Assembly: GCA_001643675.2 (NCBI GenBank)
Contig: LSRY02000002.1
Location: 62,001 to 126,000 of the forward strand
Direction: 5' to 3'
Length of the DNA stretch: 64,000 nucleotides
Source of the DNA: Monocercomonoides exilis PA203
Taxonomy: Eukaryota; Protista; Preaxostyla
Shown here: positions 12,701 to 27,700 of the stretch, in pieces
How positions within the stretch are numbered: the first letter of the stretch is position 1
Layout: every line of letters starts with the position of its first letter
Translations under genes and position numbers: made by a program
Notes under the pieces: model-generated
Told to the model about the DNA's origin: nothing
Databases searched by the model: none
What the model saw: the letters and a program-made list of their open reading frames with translations, nothing else

Positions 12701-15700
12701 TGTTTTCGACATCTTTGGTGATAGATAAGCTTCTGATTGCAATTGCGACTGTGATTGACGATGCGTTTGCTGCAGGCTTCTCTCGTCAGAAATAATTATA
12801 GATGATTTTTTGGTTAGTGTGGTTTGCTGAGTGCGAGTTGTTCGAGGCTCTTCCTCAATTAATTCGCCTTGAAGCGACATTTTTGTGTCATCCTTTTCTT
12901 TCTTTCTATCTGTTTCTCCCAAGGCGGTTCCAAGTCCCAACGAGAATGGAAGCTTATCTATTTGTGATTGTAGCTCTCTTTTGTGTTCGATCTTAGAAAT
13001 GAATTCTTTCATCGTAGATTTCATCAGAGTTATCTGTGTTAGTCCTCTGATACTCTCTTCTTTCAGCAGAGGATCCTGCCCAAATACAACTGCTTGTAGT
13101 GATGAGCCCAAAACCGTTGAAGAAAAGCAGCTTAAAAGCTGTGAATACAAATGAGGTGGTGAAAGAAGAAGAGAAAGTAGAAGGCGAATTACAGCTGGAA
13201 GATAAGGTGCTTCTTTAAAGTTGCATAAAGAACTTAAAACTCGGTATGATGTTGCAGGAGACGCATGCAAGAAGTTAGAAGAAATGTTTGGAGAAGAAGA
13301 CGATTCAGATAATTCTGAAAAGATGTGAGAAATTGTTCCCCGATCACTTAACAGAAGACCAAATGTCGCAAACGAGTAAAGTTGGGAATAAAGATTGTTT
13401 AATGTTTTCTGATCATTTTTCAATTGTTCGCATTCTTCCTTCTCGTTCTTTTTGTTATGCGTTCCAACACCAGTTTCCGCATGCCTTGATTCTTTGCTCC
13501 TCATGAGCTCTTTCTCTCTTTGTTCGCATCTCTGTTTCAATATCTTTATCCTCTGGTGCAACAAATTGAGTTTCACAGAAAGGAATGGGGCAACAGGAAT
13601 TAGAGGTGGGTGTGTAAATGGAGATGCGCAATCTGGAGGAATTCTTGTTCTCTTTTGAGCAGCTGCAAAATTCATGTTTTGAGAATTGCTTGAAATGGCA
13701 GGTGTTGATGAAGATGTTGAAATTTCAGTATTCGATTTTGCTTCCGAAGTGTGCTTCAGCATCTGGTTGAATAACAAACTGGAATGATACACCAACGAAA
13801 AATGATCTGACAAAGTCTGAGAAATATCCTTCATTTGAGGAGCATTTGATGGATATGTGAAAAAGAGACGACAAGCAGTCTGAAAGCTTTTCTGGACTTG
13901 TGTTTGCTGGAGCAATGAAACAATTGCATATTTGTCTGAATTATCTTTAACATTCTCGCTATTTGTTGAGTTGATGCCTCGCAGTTTGTGTGTTGCAGTT
14001 TGATTTTCGGGAGAGGGAGACGAAGAGGTTGCAATCATTGTTGGAATAATTGGAGTTGAAGCTCTTGACGCATATGGCGAAACGGAAATATCGTAGTCGA
14101 ATAAAAATGTTTTTTTAGATTCTTTTTTCCTTTGTTTTTTGTCGAAATAAGTAAGCATCTCATCTTCTTTCCACTCAAACCCTTCGAAGTTCTCGTCCTC
14201 ATTCTCTTCAATGCCAGCAAGAGTCGGATTAAGAGCAAACTCCTGCCATTCTTGAGGATTGTTCCAGATGGAAGCAGGAAGAGAGGCCAAAAATGGGATA
14301 CGAGAACTGACTGCCACTATCAGATCCCAATGAGATTGACTCCACAACGAAGTGCTCGGTGGATGAACCAACTTCGCTGCCATCGCCAGCTTTCGGTATT
14401 CAACAAGCGCTTCTGCTTCGATATGCTCAGATTCCAATGGAGATGTTTGAGTTTGTTCCAAAAGCTGCTCCCACAGTGCAACATTCTCCAGCTCATCTTC
14501 GTTGATATCTTTAAGAACTCCATCATTTGCTGAACTGCTCCTTTTTGTTACTCCTTCATTCCCATTTGCAGAACTTTGTGAATCATCTGCTTTTGTCTCA
14601 TGACTCGAAGAAGATGGATGCTTCTGCCCTTCTCCTTGGTTCTTTCCACAAGATGCTCTAATATTTCCGGATTTTCGTTTTCCTTCTTCTTCTTCTAGAT
14701 AAGAAAGATCTAAAATAGTGTGACATTCATTCAATGACAACAATTGAGGAGGAAGAACTATATTTCGATATATCGACATTTGTTGCTTCCAGAAAGATAC
14801 AACCGAAGAAAAACCATCCAAAACATTTGATGTTCCCCAGCCTCGGCAACACTCAAGCGAAAATGCCAACAGAAAAGAAAGCGTTGGCTTGTCACTTTCA
14901 TGGCACATTTGACTCAATGACTGGATAGCAGCAACGAAAGTGAGAGAGGAGAGAAGAGAAGAGTAGAAAAGAGGAGACGAAATACAAAAAGGATTCGCCA
15001 TCTGGCCAGACTGAGATTGCATCGTTGAAGGAAGAATGGAGACAGATGAAGATGAAGATGGCAAATTTTGAATAGACGAAGATGAAAGCAATGACAAGGG
15101 AATACCAGTGGGCGAAACAGGAATTCCTGAGGTAAATGACGGAGAATGCTGCAGGAATGCACCAGTGGGTGTGATAAGCGTGCTGGAAGAAGCTGCTTTC
15201 ATCATCGGTGGAAGCATTGCAGTTGATTCAGTAAATGCAGATGATGAAAAAGATGGCTGCAGAATTGAAGAAGACGTCGATGAAGTTGCAACTGGAGCTA
15301 ATGTTGGTAGCGAGCCTTTTTGTTCCTGTGCAAGCTGTAGGGACTGAGATGACTGTGATATTTTCATCTTTGCTGTTGCTTGCGAAAGTGCTTCATCTGC
15401 TTGCTTCAGAATTGCAAATAAGTTTATGGCTTCGGAATCCGCTTTTGGTACAAGTGAAGTTTCGGCTTTTGATGGTTTTGGAGGTCTGCTTTTCGGAACT
15501 GCAGTTTTTTCCTTCTTTAAGTGAGTCTTTTGATGCATTATTGACTGCTGATAGTGATTGATTTGTGCAACGAGTAACGTTAGTTCAGAAGCCAAAAACT
15601 TGTTGTTGTTGAAAACGAGTGATGCAAGCGTCTGAACAGTTAGTGGAACAAAACTAGTAGTTTGACTGTCAGCACGTGCACAAAGAAGGTCGAGTGTTTT

Positions 15701-18700
15701 TATTGCCTCCTGTTCTTTTTTATCCATTGAAGTCACACTTTCAAGAAGGTTTAGCTTTTGCCTGCTGCTTGTTGGCTCCTCTGTCAGCACATCAAAATCT
15801 CCTGAAGTTTCTTCTGTTTTGAAATCATCACACAAAACATTAACAGTTTCATCAGGGAAAACAGAAGATGCACTTCTCAGGAGCGTCTCGCACGCCTTTT
15901 CCATCCACCGGAGTGCATCTGTTACTGACACTTCGCATTCATCGCTGATGCTTCCGAGGCCGTTGTGCATGTGCGCATACAAAAGAGCAGTGTGTTTTGC
16001 AGCTTCCTTTATTGGCTTCAGAAGTTTCTGCAATATTTCCTCTCCCTTCAGCAGAAGTCGAAGTAAATTGTTCTCATTTGCAACGGACTTTTTCATCCTT
16101 GTGACGTCATTAAGAAACGATGCATCTTCAAGAAGAGCGTCTGCTGGCGCGTTTGTGAGACAGGACAGAATCATAGCTTCATTCTCTTGAAGATCAAGCA
16201 AAGTCACCGCAATGGCTTTTCTGGCAGATTGGAGAGCCTTGTGAAGAGAAGGTGCAAGGAGAGTTAGATAAGCTTTGAAGAAATACTCGGCAAGTCCATC
16301 AACCGACAATGTGAAGTCGACGATTCTTGTGCGTGAAGAAAGAGAAGGATGAGAAAGGACTGAAGCAGATGAGAGAGGATGAGTAAAAGGTGAACGAGCG
16401 GCAGATGGTCGTGAAACAACAAACAGACGAAGTGGTTGCGATTGGAGAAGTGCAGCTTTGGAAATTAGAGACGAAGCGTAAATAGGAGGAAGAATAGCAT
16501 CCGTGTCTTTCAGTTTGAAGAACTGGAGAGGATCAGAAGGCAAAGTTGTGGATGAAACAGTTGAGGAGAATTGAGAAGACGTTGAAAAGGAACTAGACCC
16601 AGCCGAAGAAGGAACAGTTATTGAGAAAGATTCCATTTCAGAAGAACCAGACAGAAGTGGCAACAGCAACGAGGGAGGCTGGCCATCCCCATCGCATGTC
16701 ACAACAGTTGTCCCTCCGTTGTGTGCTGAATGAGAAATAGCAGCTGCAAAACGAGGATGCTGAGTGGAAATGAAAAGAGGCTTTGCTGACCGGGGGATAG
16801 AAGATCGGAGCCATTTCAACCCAATCGAAAGAGGATCAAGAAGGAACGGGAAAGAAGGAGCAAATGAAGCACATAGAGCTGATTCAATCACATGCCTATC
16901 TGGCAATAAGCCTTGTCCTACAAAAAGGGATTCAATCACTCCATCAGGTGAGAGTTCGTGAATAAGAGAGAAGGATGTTGTTGAAGTTGTTGTATCGTAT
17001 GGAGGAGGAATTGGAAATGGCACTGGAGTTAACGATGATATATAAGTTGGATGAGTGTCTTGCGATAAAATTGAACCCGAAAAACTTGATTGGGAATCAT
17101 CATCAATCAGCATCTCTTCCAATTCGTTCAAAGTAATTGCCATTGTCATCAATTTGTGATCAGTCCTGAAATCGTCATCAACATATGGATCAAAGTATTC
17201 TTCGACTTCCTCACTAATTCCAGCTTCCGTGTCATTTCCTAACTCGTCTTCTGAATCATCTTCAATGTGCCTTTCATTTTCATTTTGAATTGATGTGGAT
17301 GATTCTGATTGAAGCAACTTTCCTTCGTTTTCTTGCTTTCGAAACATTTCTCTCAACTTTTCTTTTTGAGATCTTTTTTCCTTTTGAACCAACAATTTTG
17401 ATCGAATTTCGATCCATTTGCGTGCTCTGACACCAGAAGCACCACCAGACTCTCTTGCAATCTGCTCCATTTCTTCTTTTATGCTGTTGGCTTCTTCCAA
17501 AATACACCCTTTGACATCTTCATTGCGAAGAATGCAGCCATCCCTTCTTCTTTGCCTCAAAACATCTTCTATTCTATTCATCAGAATATCTCTTTCCTTC
17601 TCTCCGAATTGCGATCCATACACAACACCAGCTGCTGCTATCACACATCTCCATGGAACAGTACGCAATTCTTGTTTTGCTCTCCGAACAGACACAGTCC
17701 ACTTCTTCTTTTCTTCGTTGAGAGATTTCATTGCCTTTCCAGCCGCTTTCAGTCTCTTTTTGGTTTCTGCAAGAACTCTTTGGGCTTCGCGAGATCGGGC
17801 CATGTCAGCCTCATATCGATCGCTAAGAGCGCGAATACGTGCTTCGATCTCTCGCAATCTACCACGCTTCTTTTCCAGCTCTGCTCGTGCTCTTTCGAGT
17901 TGAGTTTTTGCATCGTCTGCCGCTTTCTGCAATGGAAGCACATTTTTAAGCGCATCACGGTACTTCACAATTGCCTTTGTCCAGACGCATAACGAGGCTG
18001 CTGCGGTGGAAATTTTCTGGATCATTTCTGGAACATACTTCTTCCCCTTTTCTGTAATGTATCTCTTCAACCACATAATAGTCTGCTCTGAAAGAGTATC
18101 CTTTGATTGAAGTAGTCTTTGTCTGAAATCACGCTGTCCAAGCAGATTCTTCGCAGAGCTCCATCCAATGTCACAATCCATCACGGGACAGATCGCATCC
18201 ATCACAAGCAACACTCCTTCAGGTGGACGCACATACGAACGCATCTCATCGATGTCCCTCTGCTCAATCGCATTAACAGCCTCTTCTGCTTCGCGCAGTG
18301 GTGGAAGCGCTTTTTCTAACTCCGCAGTTGCCAGATCCCCAAGACGTTGCTGTTCCTGTGCTTGCTCAGCTATTTTAGCTTCTTCCTTCGATAGAACTTG
18401 CTGTTCAGCAGACGCTGTTTGCTTCTCTATGCTGATCTGCTCCAAAAGAGTGGCAAGTGCATCTGCTTCTTTTTGTTGCTGAGGTGCTGCTGCTGCCAAT
18501 GTTCTCCTGAGTGTGTCAACAGACTCAGTTGCCTCTGCCAGCTTTTTCAGTCCAGATGCCCATCTGGTGATGTTTGTTCGAAGCGTGTGAGTGCGCAGGC
18601 GGGAGAGATAAGAATAGAGTCGAATGAAGAGAAGAAGCGAAGAATGAGGAATCTGATGAGGAGACGAAGGATAAGCTGATAAGTCAAATGGCAATTCTGA

Positions 18701-21700
18701 TTCTATTGTTCTTGATGACGCAAGCGACGAATGAATTTGCTGTGCAAATTGAACTGCAACAAGATGCAAGTTAGCAAAAAGAATAGGAAGAACGGTGAAA
18801 GATTCTTCTAATGCTGAATCTTTGAGAGGATTTCCTCCAAACAATCCTTCTGGAGCAATAAGAATGGTCGAAGCAGGTGCTTCAATTTGTTGTTCTGTTG
18901 TGTCTGCAACAGACAATGAGACTTTTGATGAAGAACTTGTTGGTTCTTTCTGTGTGGGAATCTCTTTCAGGTAGCTTTTAGCAGACTTAAATCCAGAACA
19001 CCACGTTGTCCCACCACAAAGCACAAAATGCTTTGATGCTAAATCAATCCAAAAATCAATGGGATATGGATGTGTGGTGATAAACTGCGACTGAGAAACA
19101 AGAGATGGAGAAAGATGGACACATAAGTTTTGTAAAGTTGACACTGAAACCAAAGATGAAGCAGATGCTTCTTCTTGTGTAGTTGAAACTGAATGAGTTG
19201 TTTGAGATGCTTCGTGTGATGGAGTTTCAAGCAAGGAAGATGAAAATATCGAAGAAACAGGAGCAATATGACTGAATTGAACGTTTCCGGTGCTCATTTC
19301 ATTGAGAATTGGTAGACAAAGAGCAATTCTAAGGTTTTCTTTGACTCTTTCTGCAAAGAAGTTCAGCGCATCTTGCTTTGATATTCGGATGGATGTTAAT
19401 GCAGCAAGCATTTGACGTTCTTCGTCAATCGCATCTTCGTCTTCGTCAATCACTTCACCTTCTTTTGTGTCGTTTTCCCAATCGTCTTCATTGAGTTGCA
19501 TTTCGTGTCTGCCTTTTGTCGACTTTCCACCAGAATCTGCTCCTTTTTTCTTTCCTTCGTTCTTTCCTCCATCTTTGTCCTCTTTTCGCTCTTTTCCGTT
19601 GTGCCTCGATGGATCCATTTGATTTTCCAATTTGCTATTGCCTTCTTCATCTCCCTTCTCGTCAAACACTTTCTCTCCTTGTGGCTCTTCGACAAGATTT
19701 TGCAATGACTCATCAATCTGTTGCGATTCCTCTGGATCTTCATAAAACAGTTCTTGTTCTTCTTCTTCATCATCGCTCTGATCATCTACTCCATTTCCTG
19801 CGCTTCTTCTTGCTCCGCTGCTAATGCTTGAATCTTTGTTGAATAGATAATATTCCGCATAGCTCGTTGAATCCATGCTGCCAGCAGTACCTGGTCGTGA
19901 ATTCACATTCGATCCTTGTCCACTTTTCCCATTTCCTTTTTGCCCTCCTTTATTCTTCTTTCCTTTGCCTTTGTTTCTCTTTCCATACATTCGTGCATTC
20001 TCTTCCTCGATATGTTGTATTTTATGCTTGTATAACTCGCCAACGCAGTCCTCTGCCGTTTTCTTAACCGCCTTGAAGATAAACTGCTCGTCATCGGATG
20101 AAAACAGCCCAGTAACATAGCCAGTCTTCAACAATGTACCCAAAATAGGCAATGCAGAACGAAAGATGGCAGAAAGATGAGCTTCATTCAAACAGAATAC
20201 AACTGGTGTCATTGGCGTTGAAGATGGACCAAAAAGTGAAGAAAGAGGCAAATTGTTTGGATTCGTGAAGAAGAAGTTGGACGATGAAGCTGACGTTGTT
20301 GAATTTGCGGAGGATAAATTCGCAAATGAAGTTGCACCAAATCCAATTCTTGAAGACTGAGAAAGCATTCCCTTTGATTTCTCTTTTGCTGTTCCTTTCG
20401 TGTTGCCTTTCGTCTTAACTGTTTCGATGCTTCTCTTCACCTCTTCGCTTCTTTCCACTGCCACATCCCACTGCTTTTCAATCTGTGGAGGAATAAGTTC
20501 CAACCCGCATCCAGCTCTCAGCATTGCTCTTTTCAAATCAAACAGGAATTCGTCCATTCCATAATGGAACGATGGAAGAGGTGTCATAAAGTTGAAGCCC
20601 AGAAGAGCAGCTGCTATATGTGCTTGAGTTGTTCGCCCGCTCAGTGCATCTCCCATCACAACAGCAGATGTTGAAGATAATGCTACCATCATTTTGGCAA
20701 TTGTGCGAGTGAATTGGTCGGTAAAGATGACTGGAGATGGAAGTGAATGTGTTTGCGAATAGAACGTATTCTGCATCGAGTTTGGTAAACAAAGAGAAAT
20801 ATATGAACGGGAGACCAAAGGAGGAGAATCAAGTTCAAAGGAAGAAGATGATGATAAGCTTGTGGACGAGCTCATAGACTTCAATGCAGACTCAATGGCA
20901 TGTGAAAGCTGCCTTAAATCTTTGATGCCTCTAACACGAGAAAGTGGAGAAAGTGTTACAATTGTATCTGGAACAGCAGTAATTCCACTAAATGAAGCTG
21001 AAGATGAATTTGAAGTTTGGGTTGGCAAAACAGAAGGAATTAGAGAAAACAGGAATTTGTCAAATGGAGACTGAAGCCAGCTTTTCAGAGGCACAAGTTC
21101 TTCAACGTCTGCAGGTATTCTCATCAGCTCATTCTCCTTTCCAACTGACGAAGAAGACATCATTGCTAAGACACTTTCTTCTCCTCCATCATCTTTTTCT
21201 CCAAAGCCACCAATTGCACCCATCTGTTCATTCATTGCATCTCCGCTTAGCAGATTTGACAGTTCAGCAGAAACAGCCACTGCATTGAAACGACCCTGAA
21301 GCAAAGATCCCATAAAGTTAATAAGCGCCTTGCGCTGTTGAGTTGATGTGAGTGAATCGCCCAGCACTCTCAAAACAGAATGTGACCAGATTCGCAAAGT
21401 GTCTGATGACAAAGTATCTTGAGTGGTGTCAAACAATGCTAATTTCGTAGAATTTTCTGGGAATGTTGGAGTTGAAGATGGAGCAACTGTCTGAATTAGA
21501 CTTGTTTGAGAAAGAGCACCCTGAACAAAGGTGGCATTTGATGGATGACGTGAATGAGCAGGTGTCACTGGACGTGATGCTTGTGTGACAAGACTTGACG
21601 TAGAAGGAGATCTCATCATTGATGAAGCATCTCCTTTTGCAGCAAGAAGGGAATAGTGGTTGCCCATCGGAGTTAGTACTGCTGAAGAAGAGCTGCTCGA

Positions 21701-24700
21701 TGATTCGAAAGAGAAAGTCTCCAACTTCACCCCCAAAAGAGGATGTTGAAAGGCAGATGGCAAAAAGAACACCTGGAGACTTTGTTGTGTTTGTCTTGAT
21801 GTTGAAGAAGGTGTATCTGGAGAAGACGAAAAGAGATTTTGAGAAGAAATTGCTTTCGTCATAGAACTTATAGCAACAGATGTAAGTGATGGTGAAGGAG
21901 AGTTAGATGATCTGAGCTTGCTGTGTGATCCTTGTCTTATTAGCGTAGACGATGATGATGAGCCCAATGGAGATGGTACAAACGCCACAGAAGACATCGA
22001 CGATGCAGTAAGCGGAGCCTGCATTCCGAAGCGAGTTCCCACTGTGCTGCCCAAAGGCGATACTCTGGAACTAAAAGTGGATGTTGGAGAAATTGCACTA
22101 TATAGAGGCGATGAAACTGAAGGAAAGAGTGAAGATGATGATGAAGATGATAGCAAAGTTGAACTATCCATTGAAGGTGGGTCAAGAGAAGGAAATCCGA
22201 TGAGAGTGGCATCGCTAACTTTGAAGGCAATCAGAATTCCTTTCATCACACGAATCACATCATGCAGATTAAACACAAATGGAAGAGGCATCGAAGAGCT
22301 TGCTGAAGAAAACAACGAAGATTCTCCAACCTTTCCGCCAATTCTATCGCTTCCTCCACTTACTCCGCCTTTTCCGCCAGATCCGCTGTTTCTGTCTCCT
22401 CCAAGTTTGTTTGTGCCCATCGCTGCAAGTAGACACACGGTGCAGTCGACAAGCTGAGAAAGCATTTTTGGCAATCGCATCACATCCGCTGCAGCTGACA
22501 CGATCTTCCCCTGAACAAGCGCAGAGATTAGAGCTGGAACAACAATGGCAGCTGCTTCTGAGCCAGTGAGTGCATCAACATGGTAACTCATCCAAAAACG
22601 TCCGAGCCTTCGAGACATTTGATGTGGACCGCTTCCTCCACCCAATCGTTGCAAACCATTCTTTGATATAAATGAATTCGGATTCTCCTTCATCATCGAA
22701 TGCTTCCATGTTGCTGGTGTCATCTGAGCAACACGCTGACGTGTTCCACCAAAACCAGCAAACGGCTTCGAGAAGTTAGATGAGATTGTATTGCGCTTCA
22801 TTCTTGTTGTACTCATCGAAGGAGATCCTGCTTCAGATGAAGATGAAGAAGAGCCAGAAAGACGAGAAAGAGCAGGACTTGACGGTTGACTTTTAGCTGC
22901 ATTTTTTGGGTCAAGCTTGTCGTTTTCTTCCTCGTCTGTATTCTCTGCAAGTTCATCAATTGGAAGAGCAGACGAATGACAAGCTGCGAAAAACGAAACA
23001 CCTCCAACAGTTCGAGGCAAAGGCGATGAAAAATCGTAGAAAGTTCGTGTTTCAAGCAGCATTCTAAGTAACTCTGTTAAATGAGGCCCATTCACAAATG
23101 GCTGGAACGGTGTTGATGAAGAAGAATTGGGAATGGATTGACACATCAGCGCGTACTCGAAATTGTCCAATGCAACAGGCATGGAACCTTGCTTTGCTCT
23201 GGACAAAGGCGGACAAAAAGGAGCAGAGGCATTCAGAGAAGAAGCCAAAGACATTTGAGAAAAACCGCTGTCTGTCAAATATGCCCTATTTCGGATGAAC
23301 ACAGGAAGGGACGAATCAGATGGAAGAATGGGCATTCCAGAAAGTTGCCCAACAAATCGGCTTAAAAACCCATTTCTTCCCAAAACAAGTTGATTGATTG
23401 GCGAGTCAAATGAATAATACAACGGAGTGGTAAAATCAGAAGGATGTGTAACAATCTCATATGGCGTTTTCTTCTTGCTGCCGTTTTTCTTTTGCTTTTT
23501 GCTTTTCTTTTCGTTTCTTTCCTCTTCGCCAAGATTGCCCATTCTCTCTTCCGAAGTTGATTGGCTCTTTCCAGAATCATTCTGATAATCGAATCCACTC
23601 CAACCCCATTTTCCTGAAGCCCATTTGTGCAGAACAACTTTTAAAGCAGTGGTCTTTCCGATGCTGCTTCCATCCAACAAAACATTAACTCCTCCACACA
23701 AAAGTGGAGCAAGCACTTTTGTTGCAGCATCTGTAAGCTTCGTGGTTTGCACATAAGAAGTCCGCGACATTGGCTCCAGTTCTGATTCGGTGGCATTGCA
23801 CAACTGAACAGACGGATCTGATGTCTCGTCCATCTGCGACAGCGCTCCATAAAATGGTTTGTGAAGCCTTGAAAACTTGTACACAACATCTGTAACCAGA
23901 GGAGGTTCTTCAATTTCTTTCTCTTTCTCTTTTCCGTTCTCTTGTGTCGAATCTGAAGCAGCTTTATCTTCTGAAGTTTCTGAAGATGTAGTTGTTTGCT
24001 GTGAAGTTGCACTAGGAGAGGTAGAAGAACGAGGCGTTGTGTAAGAATTCGATCTATCTGTTTTATTTGATGTTTTTGATTTATCTTTGTTTTCTTCAGC
24101 TTTTGGCTCCGAGCTCTGCTGCATTACAGATGGATCCTGCAGTTCTAAAAGTGATAAGGTCAGCTTCTTTTGTTTCTTTGAAGTCGCAGGATTAGCTTCA
24201 GCAAGCGCCTGTGCAAATGACGAAATTGAGCGCGATCCTCCTTTGTTGATAAGTCTCTGCTGAACCTGATAGAAGTTGAGAGGAACACGTTTCGGCTGAA
24301 TGAAAAGCGAAAATATTGATGTTCTTTGAGGAAGCGAACGAACAATGGATGGAATTCTGCAGTTCATTGCATCGACAACAAGAGACGAGAAAGCATCTTT
24401 CACATCGCTGCCTATCAATGCAGATCCAAATGACCAGACAACACAAAATAAAAAGTATGAGTCAACAAGACGAGTAATTCGATTTTGAACAGCTGTCTGC
24501 CTTAAATCCATCGAAAGATAGGAATTGACTGTTGTTTCAGATGAACCCAAAGGCAAATTTGTTGTGTGCTTGAAACCTTTGAAAATGCCTCGATATCTCA
24601 CAAGAGTACCGTATTCTTCTGTGAATTTTGTTGAAATATTTTCAGTTTGAGGTGAAGATTTCTCTTTCATTTCATTTTCTGCTTCAATCACGCTGTCCAA

Positions 24701-27700
24701 ACTGAATACCAGAGGTGCCCGTTGAGCATCGCTTTCATAAGGAAGTGTCAGCCCCAAGTCGACTAATCCTCCGCCTGCACGTTCTCCGCATCTTTCCAAA
24801 AATACTGTAAGCATCGCACAGAACGTCTCGACTCGAGCAAAGTCTCCAGTGTTGTGTGAGAGACATGCCTTTGGCAATCCAACAAGAGACGGATAAGGCG
24901 CATCTTTTATGTCCCATGGCCTGTTTTTAGGTGACGGAATGAACGTATTGGAATTCGCAAGTGAAGCAGCTGAAGAAGTCAAATGGGGTGGAGTGCCAAT
25001 TCCCAGACTACTTTGATTCCTGATTCTTCTGCTTTGATATGAGCGAGCTGATTCCAACACTCCGTTGTCGTCTATTCGACTGAAGCCAACAGAAAGTGGA
25101 GTGCCAGTAAGGCTTCCTCTTCGAGTGAGTGGTGGCCTTCCTTCTCTTCGTGTTGACAGCAGATCGTATTGGCTATTCCTTGAAAAATCATTTGAGCCTG
25201 CTCCATTTTTGTTTTTCTCGGACTCAAAAATATCATCCTCTTCAGCATGTACCATCTCATCTTCTGGCGTAAGAACTTTGCTCCGTCCATTTAAGTATGC
25301 AAGAAGAAGAGGGAATAAATATGAAATATGCTTCCAAATACGTTGTCGTATCCAAAGAGAAACTCTTTCCTCGTCGTTAAGTGCAGAATACTCTGGTAGT
25401 TCGTTCAACGAATTAAGGATTGCCTTTGCAGAAGAGTCAGATGCAAATGATGGAACAGAACCTTCTGCGTTGGCTGGCCTCAATTGATCCTCTGATTGAG
25501 AAGTGCTGCCAGAAGAAGATGATTGCAAAGAAGCATCTTGAGAAGCAGCTTTTGCAGGATCGTTCGATGAATCAAAGCCGAGCAAGTCATCTTGTTTTCT
25601 CGAAGCTTGCTCGTCTGCTTCTTCTTCTTCTTCTTCAACAGGAATTTCATTGTCTGCTTCGTTGTGCATAAGCAGAAGTGACGAAGATTGTCCCATCGCT
25701 TTCAAACGCATTCTGTTCTCAAACTTTGCATCCAATTTTGCCAAGCTCTGTTCTTTGTCTGTTTTGTCTTTTATCCACTCCGCAATATCGCATGGAAGTA
25801 AAGGTTGCGGTTTTTCGTCTTCACCGTCTATCAGTTGCAGCCACGAGCGAACAAAAGATCGCCACTCGACACACGCCCTTCGACATTGGCCATTCGATGG
25901 ACTAATCATACCTCCACATCCGCTGCCACTCCCGTTGACTGCTTCCACTTCGTAATCTTCAGTCGATTTCGTGTTCAAGCAGTCGTCGCTTGTGTTATTG
26001 CTCAGCAATTTGTTGACAACATCTCCAGAAGCTGTAACCTGATCTGGTTGTTGTGCGATAAATGTTCCTCCTGACTGACGCTGGGCAGCCAAAGGCTCAG
26101 TATCTTCACTGATGGATATCATAGCGGTTGTGGATGATGTTTGCTGAGAAGAATCTCCATTGTTTGCCAATCTATCTGCTCCCAAGCCAAATCCTGTGAT
26201 TGCACATTTCTTTGGAGGAATTGAACATTGATTCACATCAGCCATATGAGAAAGCGAAATTAATACGCCTGCATCTGACTGTTTGCCATTAATGTTATCA
26301 TTTGCTGATCTGCCACCAGCATTCAAACTGTTTGAAGTAGCATGCTCCAGTTCTTGTGATGTAGCAGCCAATGCAGGTGGATTTGACTTTGATGAACCAT
26401 CAGAAGATGAAACAGAACCCGAGGTCATTGAGTTGACGGAAGATGAGATAGACAAAGAAGATCTTTTTTGCAAAGTTGGCTTTTCTTGATTTGCTGCCAA
26501 AGGAGAAGGGCATGGTGATAATTTCGACGCTGAAGATTGTCTTGTCAGCAAACCTGTCTTTTGTTTGGACGAATGAGAAATAAGAAGTTTTGACTTAACT
26601 TCTTCTCCATTGGGAACATAAACAAGTCCTGTTCGAGAGAGAAGCGAAGGTGATGCTGACTGAAGTGTGTCTGTTTCAAAGATAAAACAGACACCATCAG
26701 GAATCATCAAGCGACGAGATGATTGGAGCGTCACTGCAGGTAAAGAGGAGGAAAACGCTGAAGCAAATGACGAAGAAGACGGAACAGGAGTTGTTGGGGT
26801 GTTAAACGATGAGGACATCGAAGATGACTCGTTTGCGGATACTTTCATGGCAGACAATGGTGGTTGAGAAATTGGGGGCACAAAAGTTGAAGTCAGCGAA
26901 ATCAATCTTGCAGCCCAGCTGTCTTCAATTGGCGAGTCAAAGATTATCCAGTGTGAGCGTGGTGGTGCAGGAGGGACAGGAAGAATAACTTGCTCTTCTT
27001 CTCCTTCAGCAGCAGTTGCTGTCATTTGTGCCGAAGTGCTATCGTTTCTTCCTACATCATCAACTCGAGAAATTTGCTCTAAAATCATTGCTGTTGCTGG
27101 ATTAGCATCTGAGGCATCAGAATCAGAAGATGCCATCGCAGCTTCCACTTGCTTTTGTTTGTGAATTGTGGAAATTGTGATGTTCTTCATTTTTTGTAAT
27201 GCAGCTTCCAATTCTTGTCGGTATTGTTCTCGCTGCTTCAGGTAGTTTTCTCGTTCCTCAGCAATTGAATCGAGCAGTTCTGGAAGCACACCAACAATTG
27301 GCCTATCTGTGGTGCAGTCATTAAACGGAATATACACTCTTCGACTCTCTTTCCCTGAAACGTCATCAAACGTGCTGTCTCTTCCTATTCCTCGATCCTC
27401 TCCACTTCTCCTGTCGTCTCCCCCTTCATTCAACATCCCTTGACTTCCTCTTGAATCTCCACTTGATTCAGATGCATCTAAATTTGAGTTGCCAAACAGC
27501 CCTCTTTCCCCAAGTGCAAGTGGATTTATGTAGTGGAGAACAACTTGTGTGCCAAACGCAACACGAGGCACAGAAACTGGAAGAAGTTTAGACAGCGCTG
27601 TTGGATGCCGATGGAACGCAGATTTCAGTCCTTCATTTCCTTCCATTTCGAATGTTTTATCCATTTCACTTAACTTTCCATTTGCACTGGATGAATCACC